From assembly GCA_965649825.1 (NCBI GenBank), contig OZ287695.1, positions 2,274,398-2,338,397 on the forward strand: a stretch of 64,000 nt of DNA, in the 5' to 3' direction. This DNA is from Penicillus capitatus (lineage: Eukaryota > Plantae > Chlorophyta). The notes beneath the pieces were generated by a model that saw nothing but the letters and a program-made list of their open reading frames with translations, was not told the DNA's origin and ran no database searches. Shown one piece after another: positions 1 through 11,107 of the stretch (within the stretch, counting starts at the first letter, position 1; each line of letters opens with the position of its first letter). Position numbers and translations under genes: made by a program.

Positions 1-84
1 GGGCAAGAATACAGCAACTGCGAGTTTTCCAGTTCGCAGGGGGATAGCGGAGGGTCTTCAGATGATGAAGAAGACGATGAGTAG
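1..84 (+). CDS. 3' end of an upstream gene (acidic low-complexity tail), partial
   Basis: Open frame GQEYSNCEFSSSQGDSGGSSDDEEDDE ends at TAG 82-84, convergent with the next gene. No identity can be assigned. Confidence 0.35.
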   Translation, partial: GQEYSNCEFSSSQGDSGGSSDDEEDDE

Positions 85-176
85 TGTCAATGTCTATGGA
101 ATGTGTTCTCTTTAACCTCTTAATGATCTTGTCCATCACAGGTGTCGTTACGTCGATCATAGCGATGTATGCATTC

Positions 177-1085
177 TCATTTCCTTAGAAAGGACACCCA
201 CTGATCGAGGACGTCTTCAGAGCCATACCATCGGCGACCACTTCTGGGGGAATGCCACACATCGTCTAGGATGAGCTTCTCGGCGCCTTCCAGTCCGACA
301 GCGCAGTCGACAGGGGTCACTCCATCGCCCCAGTCTCGACCATTTGAGGAGCAAAGCTCGTAGCTCTGGTAGGTGAAATCCTTGAGGGATCCGCCCAGGA
401 AAGTCTGTCCTTGTACGGCCCTTCCGGCGATGCAGAGGTATTTGACATCGTCTTCGAAAGCGCCTGGGAAATGCGTGTTCACAAAAGCAACATTCTGGCG
501 CGTGATTCCCTCGTTACAGATGTGTGGACTGCCCAGTGTGATAAGACTGTGTACTGCATCACTACCATTGTAGATGCGATCCCCGTAGGGAGGTCCCGAT
601 CCGAGAAAGATCCGACAGATCCATCCGGCTGCAGAACTGGCCACGATGGCGACTCTGTTGTCTGTCACGGCCTCCGGAGATTCCTGTCTGGGCTGAGCGC
701 CATTTCTCGCATTTTGGAGCTCCTTCAGAAAATCGAAGGGTGTTTCTGTGCTCGGGGGTGTGATCTCATATCCATTCTCCGAACAAACACGCTCTCCATT
801 GCTCAGCGACCGTGCAGCGTAATCGATACGGTCGAGGATCGGGCGGAGAGAACGACCGCCAAGCGTCGGCAACCAGTTGTACCACCTGATGGCCGGGAGG
901 GCAGCATCGAATCCACGTTGGCGCAGCTGCTCGACGAGGGGGACGAACTCTTCGGCGCCCATTAAATATCCGGGTACCACAAGAACGCCGTTAGCTGAAC
1001 GCACCGGCACTGGGGTTTGACGCTGTCTGCATTGTGTGGCCTTAAGAGAGATGGAATTTGGCCGTCGGTACGTGGTGGCAAACAT
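177..1085 (-). CDS. Alpha/beta-hydrolase (PGAP1-like lipase/esterase family of plants and cyanobacteria), probably plastid-targeted, intronless
   Basis: 302-aa ORF with VLVVPGY (oxyanion region), IVASSAAGW at the nucleophile elbow, LITLGSPH, GDGVTP and VWHSP..RWYGS. The N-terminus is S/T/R-rich. Confidence 0.8.
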   Translation of the reverse strand: MFATTYRRPNSISLKATQCRQRQTPVPVRSANGVLVVPGYLMGAEEFVPLVEQLRQRGFDAALPAIRWYNWLPTLGGRSLRPILDRIDYAARSLSNGERVCSENGYEITPPSTETPFDFLKELQNARNGAQPRQESPEAVTDNRVAIVASSAAGWICRIFLGSGPPYGDRIYNGSDAVHSLITLGSPHICNEGITRQNVAFVNTHFPGAFEDDVKYLCIAGRAVQGQTFLGGSLKDFTYQSYELCSSNGRDWGDGVTPVDCAVGLEGAEKLILDDVWHSPRSGRRWYGSEDVLDQWVSFLRK

Positions 1086-1254
1086 GACACAGCGGTGCCC
1101 GCACCGCCATTACAGACTGCATGTACAATGTCAAACAAACGACCCGCCGTGTTTCTCACGAATTCGGCTAAAAAACAATTCGAGCATATATCTCTGGAGC
1201 CATGTCTCGCGTGGATATTGGGCTGGCGCTCGGCGGAGCGCATTGAGATTTTAA

Positions 1255-3283
1255 ATGTCTGTCGTTTCTTGGCAAAAGATGGACAGATCCTCAAAACCAC
1301 AGACGTCCCCTATTCCCTCGAAGATGAGATCAGTTCAGCCTGGCAACCATTGCTTCCTTGTTGTCTTGACACTTGAGTTTTTAGCCTCACTCAATGCAGC
1401 CCTGCCTCGAGAAATCGTTCCATTGGGATGTGCAGCGGTGTATGGAAACGATATCTACATGTCTGTGCTCACTCTTGTCAAGTCCTTGACGATTCTCTCC
1501 AAGAAAGCCGTCGAGTTGCACACGCCGTCAACAAACAGCATCTCTGGAGTGTGGTGTGTTGGACGCCTCATTACACATATGGACGGAGTTGGATGCGACT
1601 TTGAAGAGATCGCAGAAGAACAGAGTGTTTTCCTGTCATCCCATCGATCATTGAGGTCTGTCATAGAAACGCACTCTATGTATCCTGACCTTGTATCCAG
1701 GTGGACAGTCGATATGACACTTCCTGTATTCGACAAGGACGGAGATGTTTACGCAGATCTGTGGGTGAAATGGCAGAAACTGCTGGATTCGCTGAGGGCA
1801 TCACACTGTCTTCTGCTCGTCGATGATGGATCGTCCAACAAGTGTGACCTGATCTCTTCGATGTATCCACATAATGTGTGACATCCTATCAGGCATCTCA
1901 TTTCGAAGGAACGGAAAACACTGCTTTCGGAGCTTTTCGAGAACAAGGAGGTCGATCTCGATTGCCAAGTATTGACCGGTGGTATGGAGAACGAATACCA
2001 GTGTCCACTTCTTCGACTTCATGAGCTACAGAATGAACAGCAGATATGTGTTCGGGGGCTCCATATAAAATGTTTCGTCCGGTGCTATGTTCCGTTTTTT
2101 GCCTCGGCCTCGGCATCCGACATACTTGAGCGCTATCTCGTTCCATCACTGAAGTTCAGATGGCAGCAGTGTCATTCCATGTTCCAGCGAAATACATCGA
2201 TCAATGAGGCAAGGTCGGATTTGATAAATGCATTGTGTGATTGTGTTCTCTCTCAGATGTGTTCGATGCACTTCTCGATCGAAGGCTACGTTGTACCGTT
2301 GTCTGTGATCTATCCCTTCTCACCCGGCTCGCAAAGCAATGAGAACTCTCAAGTGGAATTCAGAAAACAGTTGCATCGAAGATTCCTGCAAAAGGAGAAT
2401 CGTCCTGTCTTTCTGTCCTCTCTTTCTCTGGAGCACAAGCCAACAACCCTGAAGACAGAGCACCCCATCAATGTTCATGATCATCTTCCACAAAAGAGTG
2501 CGTCAGATGCATCCATATGAGAGAGACGACATAAGAGACGTGTGTTTTGATAGGCTTCCCCGAGGGTGGTATGATGGCGACGGTATCCGGTCGCTATGAA
2601 TATTGCCATTATGGCCATGATGGCATCAACGATGCAGGATGGGGTTGTGCCTATCGGTCACTGCAGACCGTGTTCTCTTGGTTTATCCATCAACACTACA
2701 CGGCATTGCCAATCCCTTCCCACAGGCAAAGAACAACCTTCTATCTATCTCGCATGAACATGGGCTGTTGCCATTGTAGAAAGATCCAGGAAGTGCTCGT
2801 CGAGATTGGTGACAAGGAAGGCAGTTTCTACGGGAGCCGTGAATGGATCGGTTCCATCGAAGTAGGTACCGTCCTACAAGAAATGCTGGGTGAGGTCGTT
2901 TTATTTCCTATACCGTTCGCATACGCTTGTCGTTCTCTTTAGATGTCTCATACCACGTTGTCAGCAAACCTGCCCATCAAGATATTTCCTCTGTCGCCCG
3001 AGAACTGCTGCACCACTTTAAGACAGAAGGAACGCCGGTCTCCATCGGAGGCGGCGTCTTGGCCTATACCTTGCTCGGCATTTATTTCAATGACCAGACG
3101 GCTGAAGTGGAGCTGTTGATTCTCGATCCGCATTACACAGGGAAGGACGACATCCAGTCCATCATGAAGGGCAACTGGATTGCATGGAAGAAACCGACAG
3201 ACAAGGCTGCGGCAGGCGGACCTCTCTTTGTTCAAAACACACATTACAACTTCATGTGTTCAAAACGTCCAACAACAGTGTGA
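1255..3283 (+). CDS. UFSP2: Ufm1-specific protease 2 (peptidase C78), multi-exon
   Basis: [23 protein letters not shown] (catalytic Cys), [18 protein letters not shown] and ILDPHY (Asp-His), preceded by a long N-terminal domain in ORFs 1255-1881 and 1972-2520. Confidence 0.9.
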
Positions 3284-3331
3284 GATGGATGTGTCGTACA
3301 TTGTTGGCAAACTCTTCGAAAATGCACGGAG

Positions 3332-3985
3332 TTACTCGATATCGATCACCCGAGACGACACCGAGTCTTTTTCGACTTTCGGAATCGTGATTCTCAGCAC
3401 GCCTTCATCGGCCTTTGCCGAAATCTTGCTTTCATCTGCACTCTGAGGCAGATTGAAACTGCGGAAGAATTTGCCAAAACGTCTTTCTGAGCGATAGTAT
3501 CCCTCCTTCTCTTCCGTACTCTCATCCTGCCGTTCGCCAGAAATCGTTAACACACGCTCCGGTGTCACCTACGTGATCCATATCATGATCTCAGTCATTC
3601 CAGAGCATGAGACAGTGGAGTGAGTATCCTGACGCACTTGAATCTTGACGTCTTTCTTAGACATACCAGGCAGATCGGCACAAATGGTGTACTTCTCATC
3701 ATCTTCGCGGACATCCATTGCAACACTCATGCCTTCGCGAGTGGCAGCAGGGAAGAATGTTTCCATTCCGCCAAACATGTCGTTCTCGAAACGGTCGATG
3801 AAATCCGCCATACGCTGGAGTTTGGGACCGACCTGCCGCAGGGGAGCACTGCCACGTCTCGGCATGAAGTCATCACCTTCTCCTGCACGTCTTTTCCAAC
3901 TCCGACACGGTTGATATCTTGTATAGGTCTTCCAACAGGGATATGCAATGCGACGGCACAGCTGCGTTCCGATGCGGGTAGACAT
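3332..3985 (-). CDS. Small heat-shock protein (HSP20/alpha-crystallin domain) with organellar-type N-terminal presequence, 2 exons
   Basis: MDVREDDEKYTICADLPGMSKKDVKIQ|VTPERVLTISGER...SERRFGKFFRSFNLP...ISAKADEGVLRITIPK, with a GT-AG intron between KIQ and VTP. Confidence 0.92.
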
Positions 3986-4036
3986 CTTTTTTGCTAGACA
4001 CGATCCCAGAAGGCGAACGCGGTTAAGTACGGCTAT

Positions 4037-4056
4037 CGAAGATTCCGGATCCTTCT
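4037..4056. promoter_or_regulatory. Heat-shock element (four alternating nGAAn/nTTCn units, one mismatch)
   Basis: cGAAg-aTTCc-gGATc-cTTCt lies about 50 bp upstream of the sHSP ATG (3985), inside the 75-bp spacer shared with LPA1. Confidence 0.6.
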
Positions 4057-4060
4057 CGCT

Positions 4061-5648
4061 ATGTTTGCGTCATCATTACTGTCACCTGTCCCATCATCCG
4101 TATGCCCGAAGATGCGCATGTCCCCTGCGAAATGGATGTTGGATGGAAGGATCGTCGGTGGCAATGTGTGTCGGACACCGAGACCCATCGTCGACAGAAC
4201 GAGAACCAATCCTTTTAGGAGAAGAAGTGTGAGAAGGTGTGATGCGACGGAGGCTGGCGACATATCCGTTCAGACAGCGGAAGAGGCTGTGAATGAAGGA
4301 CTCGCTGCTCTGGAGAAGAGATCGAATCCGATAGAAGCGATTGAGCTATTCCGCCGAGCACTCGTGATGAATCCGACTGCCCAAGAAGCCAGTGCTGCCA
4401 TTTATAACATCGCCTGCTGTTACGTGGAGATGAAGGAGTGGCAGAAAGCGGCAGATCAGATCGTTGTCGCCGTCAATGATTATCGATTGGATGTCAAGAT
4501 TCCAAAACAGGCACGTCTTATGGAAAATGTAAGATTGCTGTTGATGTGACGTGCGGTGGAACAGGACACAGATCTCGATGAGCTCAGATCTCGGCCGGAA
4601 TGGGACGATGCCTTGTCGAGAATGAAAGGTGTGATGTCGACGAGCATGAGAGACAGCATGATTGGAGAACTGAGGTCACCATTCCGCTTCTTTCGATTCT
4701 ACCTCTTTGGTGGCCTATCCATCGGGGCGAGCGTGGGACTCATTTTCATCGGCTCTGATGTCATCAAAGCCATTCAGAGTGCGATATCGAGTCTTATGGT
4801 TTCTCGCAACTGAAGAGGGTCGCCTTGTGTTTTCAGAAGGAGGAGGAGATGCCCTTCAAGCGCCTCTGCAGAATCTGGCTATCAATATTGTCGCCGTGTT
4901 AGTATTGTCTGTTCTCTTTTTTCGAGATTTTCAATCCAGAAAAAAGGAGTTGGAGAAAATCGAACGCGAAGGAAAACTCAGTAAACTTCAAGTTGTTTCA
5001 TTCGTGTGCAGTGAGACTTGTGTGAGATGCTTTTTGATGATGCCACAGGTTCAGAAGACAGCCGGAAAAGCCATTCCACTGTATGACCTGAGAGGGTCTT
5101 TTCGTCCGGTCATCATCTGCGGCAGCAAGAATTTCTGCCGCAGGGCTGTCGACGCAGCGCGTCCCTATTTCTCAGCTCTCAAGGAGCGTGGTGTTGCCGG
5201 TGAGCCACCTACAGTTTTGTCATGGACAATGGACTCTTGACTCTTAGTGATCCCAATCCCCATTGCCGATGTGGACGAACGCCTGAAAAGCCTTCGAGAA
5301 GATCTCCAAAGTGCAACCACGACATCCGGATTCGGAACGCCAACGAAATCCAAGGCTAAACCACAGAGCCGTTGGGAACTGACGCCCGTCCGGATGGACG
5401 CGTGGAAGGTCTGCGAAAGCAACCATGATTCCTCACTCCCCTCTCACTCTCTGTACTTTCCATAGACATGGTTGACAGATCAGAAGGAATATTCTGGTCT
5501 AACAGAACGAGATTTCTATCTGCAAGTTCAGTTGGATGGATCGGTACGGACGAGTGGCTGCGGAATGCCGCCATGGAACAGTATTGTTTCAGATCTGCCG
5601 CCACTGGACGACATCCGAACAAAGCTAACAGACAACATTGGATTCTGA
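4061..5648 (+). CDS. LPA1: LOW PSII ACCUMULATION 1-like (TPR + DUF3493 membrane protein), plastid-targeted, multi-exon
   Basis: Transit-like N-terminus, TPR (EAIELFRRAL...AAIYNIACCY), ELRSPFRFFRFYLFGG, two TM segments, and a C-terminal QVQLDGSVRTSGCGMPPWNSIVSDLPP ending at TGA 5646-5648. Confidence 0.85.
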
Positions 5649-7132
5649 CGCCTCTTGTTTGCGAAGACTATTTTGATACGCCTTCCATCCAGCTTCTCTG
5701 TATTGTGCAGCTGCCTTTTCCGGATCTTCTGCTTTGATGATGCCCCGTCCGACAATGATGACATCGCTTCCCTGGCATCCGATGACGGCCTCGGGTGTCT
5801 GATACTGCTGTCCAAGGCTGTCGCCTTTCTCACTCAATGCCACTCCAGGCGTCATGTGGATCATTCCACGAAATACATCGTTCTTCTGCACAGCTTGCCA
5901 CGATGAAGGATGGATCGAAATGAAGCCCATGACAAACTCTGGTCTTTTGAGGGCTGCTTCCACAACATACTGCGTGTACGACCCAGTGGCAAGGGTTCCT
6001 TCGGAGGACATCTCAGCCAAAAGGAGTAGACCACGCGACATTTTCAATCCGACGGATGCCAAACCGTCGATGATGCCAGGTCCTGGCACAAGATGCGCAT
6101 TGGTGATATGTGCCCAATCAGCAATGTGATAGACACCACCAACATACTGTTGCACAACAGTATTGCCAATATCCGCAAACTTTCGATCTTCAAAGATCAA
6201 AAACTCGTGCTGTTTAGCCAGGAGTTTCAGATTTTCTGCGACATCCATCGTCCAGTCCATCAAGATATCGACATGCGTCTTCAGAACGCAGATGTGTGGA
6301 CCGATTTTGTCGGCGAGTGAAAGTAACTCGGATGACGTCGACACATCTGCAGCAACAGCCAGATTCGTTTGTTTTCTCTCCATGATCTCAAAACACTCTT
6401 TCGCTACTGAGCATTTCGCCAGCGACGCCTTCTCTGCATAGGAAAGGCGGGTAGAAGGCGGAATAGGCAATGCGATCTGCTGTCGGAGGAAATCTTTGAC
6501 GCGCAGCTGCATCTCCGATGTGATCAGGCCTCTCTTGAAAAGCACATCCAGCAAGAAAGTCATCTTGAAAGCGGAATGCAATTCAATGCCCACTTCTCTG
6601 AGATTCTTTTCGCCTCCTTGCTCCCTATACAGAAGCACGATTCCGTTATCTCTTGCAATAATAATCCCACTGACCGATCGATGAGAACAACGACATGTTG
6701 GACATTCAATCCCTCGAGTTTCAATGGCTCGACGGTCTCCACGACTGACATCCCACTTGACACAAGATCTTCGACGATGAGAACATCTTGGCCGGCTTTG
6801 AAGGCACCCTCGATGGCTTTCTTCGTTCCATAGTCTTTCACTTCTTTGCGACGCATGACCATCGGAATCGCGTGTTTCGTAGAGAGGACCGTTGCGATGG
6901 GCAGAGCGGTGTAAGGCACGCCACAAAGCAGATCAAAAGAGACACCATCCACTGTTGCCCAAATCACATCCGCCACTTCTCTCAATACCTCTGGATGTGA
7001 AACAATGGCGCGCAGATCGACGTAGATCGGTGAAGAGATGCCACTCTTCAGTTTGAATTCTCCGAATTTGAGAGCGTCGATCTCGTGCAAACGCATCACC
7101 AGACATTCGCATCGTTCTGGGGAGACGGCCAT
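5625..7132 (-). CDS. UMPS: Bifunctional UMP synthase (orotate phosphoribosyltransferase + OMP decarboxylase), 2 exons
   Basis: OPRT motifs [16 protein letters not shown] and [12 protein letters not shown] motifs [24 protein letters not shown] and IIVGRGII. Spliced junction DR|EQGG. Confidence 0.95.
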
Positions 7133-7306
7133 CTCAGAGAACGGCTTACGGCAGTTCAGTCGGCGGATTCTTCGTCGCGATGCCTGACGATCCGGAAAAG
7201 ACAGCTTGGTGGATAGGTAAGCCCGACGCATCCGTCAGAACGTCCTCTCACAACGTCGTCGCATCAGATTCGCCAACAGTACGACACAGGAGATCATTCT
7301 TGGGAG

Positions 7307-9037
7307 ATGCTTGTGTGTGGCGCAGGTTGTCGAAGTGTCGTCCCTTTGCCGATCGCCGCTGTCACATCAACACGCTGTTGGTCGAAACAGGGTATCACGC
7401 GTAGACGATGCATTCAAGCGGTCGAACAGCAGTTCTGGATGGACGCCGATGTGACGTATGACTTGTGATATGGTAGATTCAGAGTCCCGTCACCCCTGAG
7501 AGTGTGGCGGAGACCACACGACCAGATTTCCCCATCTTACAGCAGAAGGTCAACGACAAGCCTCTCATCTACTTCGACAATGCTGCCACATCACACAAAC
7601 CGCGTTCCGTCATTGGCGCAATGGAGGATTACTACACATCAACAAACTCCAATGTCCACCGTGGCGTGCATGCCTTAAGTGCTGAAGCGACAGCTCTCTT
7701 TGAGAACGCACGATCAAAGGTGTCCAATGCATGTTGGATAGATGCACACACCAACCACGACATTCCTGCCGCGTTTAGGTGTCTGCTTTTGTGAATGCGG
7801 ACAGCAGTCGTGAAATCGTGTTTACGCGAAATGCAACGGAGGCGATTAATCTTGTGGCATACGGATGGGCTATGCATCATCTGAAACTGGGCGACGAGGT
7901 CGATCCCGTTCTTCAAAGGGTGACCTGTTGCGCTGGATGTGTGTACAGATCTTGGTGTCAGTTGCTGAGCACCACAGCAATCTGATCCCTTGGCACATTG
8001 TCGCCAAGAAGACGGGGGCAGAGCTTAAGTATATCAGTCTCACATCCGACACAGAAGAGCTCAACATGGAGGTCCTGTGCACCTCTACAATGAATTCTGT
8101 ATTGAGCTTCATGCATTTTAGCACTTGGATGAACTCTTGACGGATCGGACGAAACTGGTTTCGACATTTCATGTCTCCAATGTTCTCGGTGCCAAGTCGC
8201 CAGCAGATGTCATTACCCGGAAAGCGCACAAGCTTGGTGCCAAAGTGCTCTTCGACTGCTGTCAGTCCGTTCCCAACATGCCAGTCGATGTCCAACAACT
8301 GGGTGCCGATTGGATCGTGGCATCTGGACACAAGATGTGCGGTCCCACCGGCTGCGGTTTCCTCTGGGGTATATGCGTGGACGATATCAGCCTGTTGCCA
8401 TACTGCATTTCTTAGGCAGGTACGAAATGCTCGATGAAATGGAACCTTTCATGGGCGGAGGGGAAATGATCGCAGACGTATTCATGGATCGCTTTACATG
8501 CGCACCACCACCGGCCAGATTTGAAGCAGGCACTCCAGCCATTGCAGAGGCCATCGGTACCACCCCTAGAAAGAAATGAGATCGATGTCTTGCGAGTTGC
8601 GCCCCCACAGGACTGGGTGCTGCTTGTGATTACCTGTCCCACATCGGAATGGAAAATATTTATGCTTACGAACACGAACTTGGAGTCTATCTCTACGAGA
8701 AGATGACTGCAATGGATCGGGTGAAAGTCTACGGGCCCCCTGTCCATCGCGGACGTGGTTGTCTCTGCGCCTTCAATGTTGAAGGTGTCCATTCCACAGA
8801 TCTCGCAATGGTTCTGGATCAGTACGGTAGGATGCGATATCTGTTTGACACTGTCTTTGGATATCTGTCTTTACAGGAGTCGCAATTCGATCGGGTCATC
8901 ACTGTGCCCAGCCTCTGCATCGTTACTTCAAAGTATCCTCGTCCGCCAGAGCGAGCCTGTACTTCTACAACACCAAAGCAGAAGTGGATGTCTTCTGTGA
9001 TGCCTTGAAGGAAAGTATTCAGTTCTTCAACCATTAA
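7307..9037 (+). CDS. NFS2: Plastid SufS-type (group II) cysteine desulfurase (CpNifS), multi-exon
   Basis: [43 protein letters not shown] (PLP Lys), [15 protein letters not shown] (catalytic Cys) and RASLYFYN. The start codon is inferred from a transit-like exon. Confidence 0.92.
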
Positions 9038-9143
9038 AACATTTTCATTCATTGTATTGCCATGGGGAGAGAATCTCAATGCCTTTCAAAAATCTGCTGC
9101 TTGATCCTGTATGGAAACCGTCTATGCATTGTTTCGATGTCTA

Positions 9144-10615
9144 CTAGTCCATGAATGTGATGGCAACAGATAACCCCAACAGCATCATGATCGCCAAGAT
9201 ATTCGAGAACATGTTTGACTTTTGTGTTTGCATGAGATAGAGACGGTGCTCTTCTGGTCCAACAAATCCACGGATCACCATTGCTTGTGCCACATTTGTG
9301 CTTGTTTGAAAGAGCTTTCTGAAGAGTTGGTTCAACTACAGATCCATCATACGCGAGAAAGAGAAATGGAGGAATGGAGTTACGATGTCTGCAAGAAGTT
9401 GCAGGCTGCCTCTAGGACCAATGGTTTTCCAATCGATCCCTCTCACGGCGACACCCAGTGCCAAGTTACGCAGTTCATCGAACACCGTCGACAGAAATCT
9501 TAGCGATAGCAGGAGACAGAAGCCGATCTCTTTCACCGTCACACGCAGTAGACGCAAAGGGGAGATGATTTGTGTTAGAGACAGAGCCAGCTGTTCAGGA
9601 GATGTGGTAATGAGACAGAGACTGGCGGACTGTAGAGCAACAAAGACAGCACTGACTGCCGTGATGGCCAATCTCAAAGACTTCCTTGTCACATTCACGA
9701 ATGCAAACCTCACGCACATGTCCAGTTCCATGAGAGCGCCACACAGTGGGGACCGTACCTGAGAAAGACATACTTGTAGGGTTTGGTACCGGAGAGCGAA
9801 GGGAAGCCATCCAGGTCTTCCGATGGCACATGGGATGGAATGCTGGGCGGTGCTCCATCTGACAGACATGCTGTCAGCGCAAAGTAGAAGAGAGACATAA
9901 CGAGAAGAGGCAGCAACGTCGGCCGTGCAATTCGCCATGGGGTATTCAGCAGAGTGACACTGAGCAAGAAAACAGCAATTGTCGCTTGACCCTGTGGTCC
10001 ACTTCTTGTCAGTAAGAACAGCAGAAATACAGTGCCTATCTAGACACACGCACATCCACACCTACGACTCATAAACGTGGTCTGTTCACTTGCTTGACTC
10101 TGGCATCCACGCCATGCAAGAAAGTCGCAGGGGAAGGGACATAGGAACTGGATCCACCATGCAGACAAAGAGTTAGGGAATCTGACCAGAAGCTGTCTTG
10201 CACTTTATACCTGTATGGCAATGATGAGAGGTTTAGGAAGCCAGAAAGCACTCTTTGTTGAATTGGCACATTCTCTCGTTTGTCTGCCGCGCAGGTCACT
10301 CTTCCTGAAAGGGACAAAGCGATCAGAAAGACGATTTGTGCATTCGATCGTCATCAGAACGGTGAGATTTATGACAGCTATGTATACGGGACGTCCATTT
10401 GGCCGATTGGAGCGTCGCAGTGATCTCTCTGCATCGCCGTCGTCGACGTCCAGCGATTGCTCGGGCGATCTTACGAAGTGTCGGTAGACGCATGGAATGG
10501 CAAGATCTCGGTACGATCGACTGTCGTACGCGTTGGTCGATGACCTGAGCAGACAGCAGCGACAAGAGACAGCATTGACGACGACTTCTGTGCCAACCAC
10601 CCAAGACAGATGCAT
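9144..10615 (-). CDS. Energy-coupling factor transporter transmembrane (CbiQ/EcfT) protein, plant ABCI12-like, multi-exon
   Basis: TFLHGVDARVKQ, SPEQLALSL, LLLSLRFLSTVFDELRNLALGVAVRGIDWK and AQAMVIRGF (XRX motifs), with multiple TM helices. Confidence 0.78.
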
Positions 10616-10750
10616 CGTCGCTGTTTGGTTTGGCGAACGGATAGCCGTTTTACATGATACTCCAACAATTCTCGAGGCCCCTGCTCAGACTTTGGCCATC
10701 GACGTATCTCAGGTGCATTTAGCGTCAGTCTTTCTGGCTGTACGATGGAA

Positions 10751-10823
10751 GCACCCATGGCGCAATGGATAGCGCGCTTGACTTCTAATCAAGCGGTTGC
10801 GGGTTCGAATCCCGCTGGGTGTG
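10751..10823 (+). tRNA. tRNA-Arg(UCU), intronless
   Basis: Cloverleaf: acceptor GCACCCA/TGGGTGT, D-arm TGGCGCAATGGATAGCGC, anticodon arm CTTGA-CT TCT AA-TCAAG, T-arm GCGGG-TTCGAAT-CCCGC. Confidence 0.95.
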
Positions 10824-11107
10824 TACGTGATGCGAGGCATGGAGCAATAACCATCCCTTACATTATGCTACAAGATCGCTATAGTGTCGCTAATAACCAG
10901 CCGTGTACAGTTATATAATGTGCATGTACACCTGCACGAATCTTCCATGCTGCTCTCTCACAATTAAATTCTGCTTCTTGACGCGCGAGAGAGGCAGTGA
11001 AAGATCAGTCAAGCAGGGGTGGAGGGAAAAGAGATAATGCGCAGAGGTAAAAACGGTATGAACATGGTATGCACTGATCAATCGCCAAAAAGACAGAAAT
11101 CACAGAT

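Noticed and set aside
10471-10758. Upstream ATG for the EcfT gene at 10758
   Set aside because: It lies inside the tRNA-Arg gene on the opposite strand; the ATG at 10615 is more plausible.
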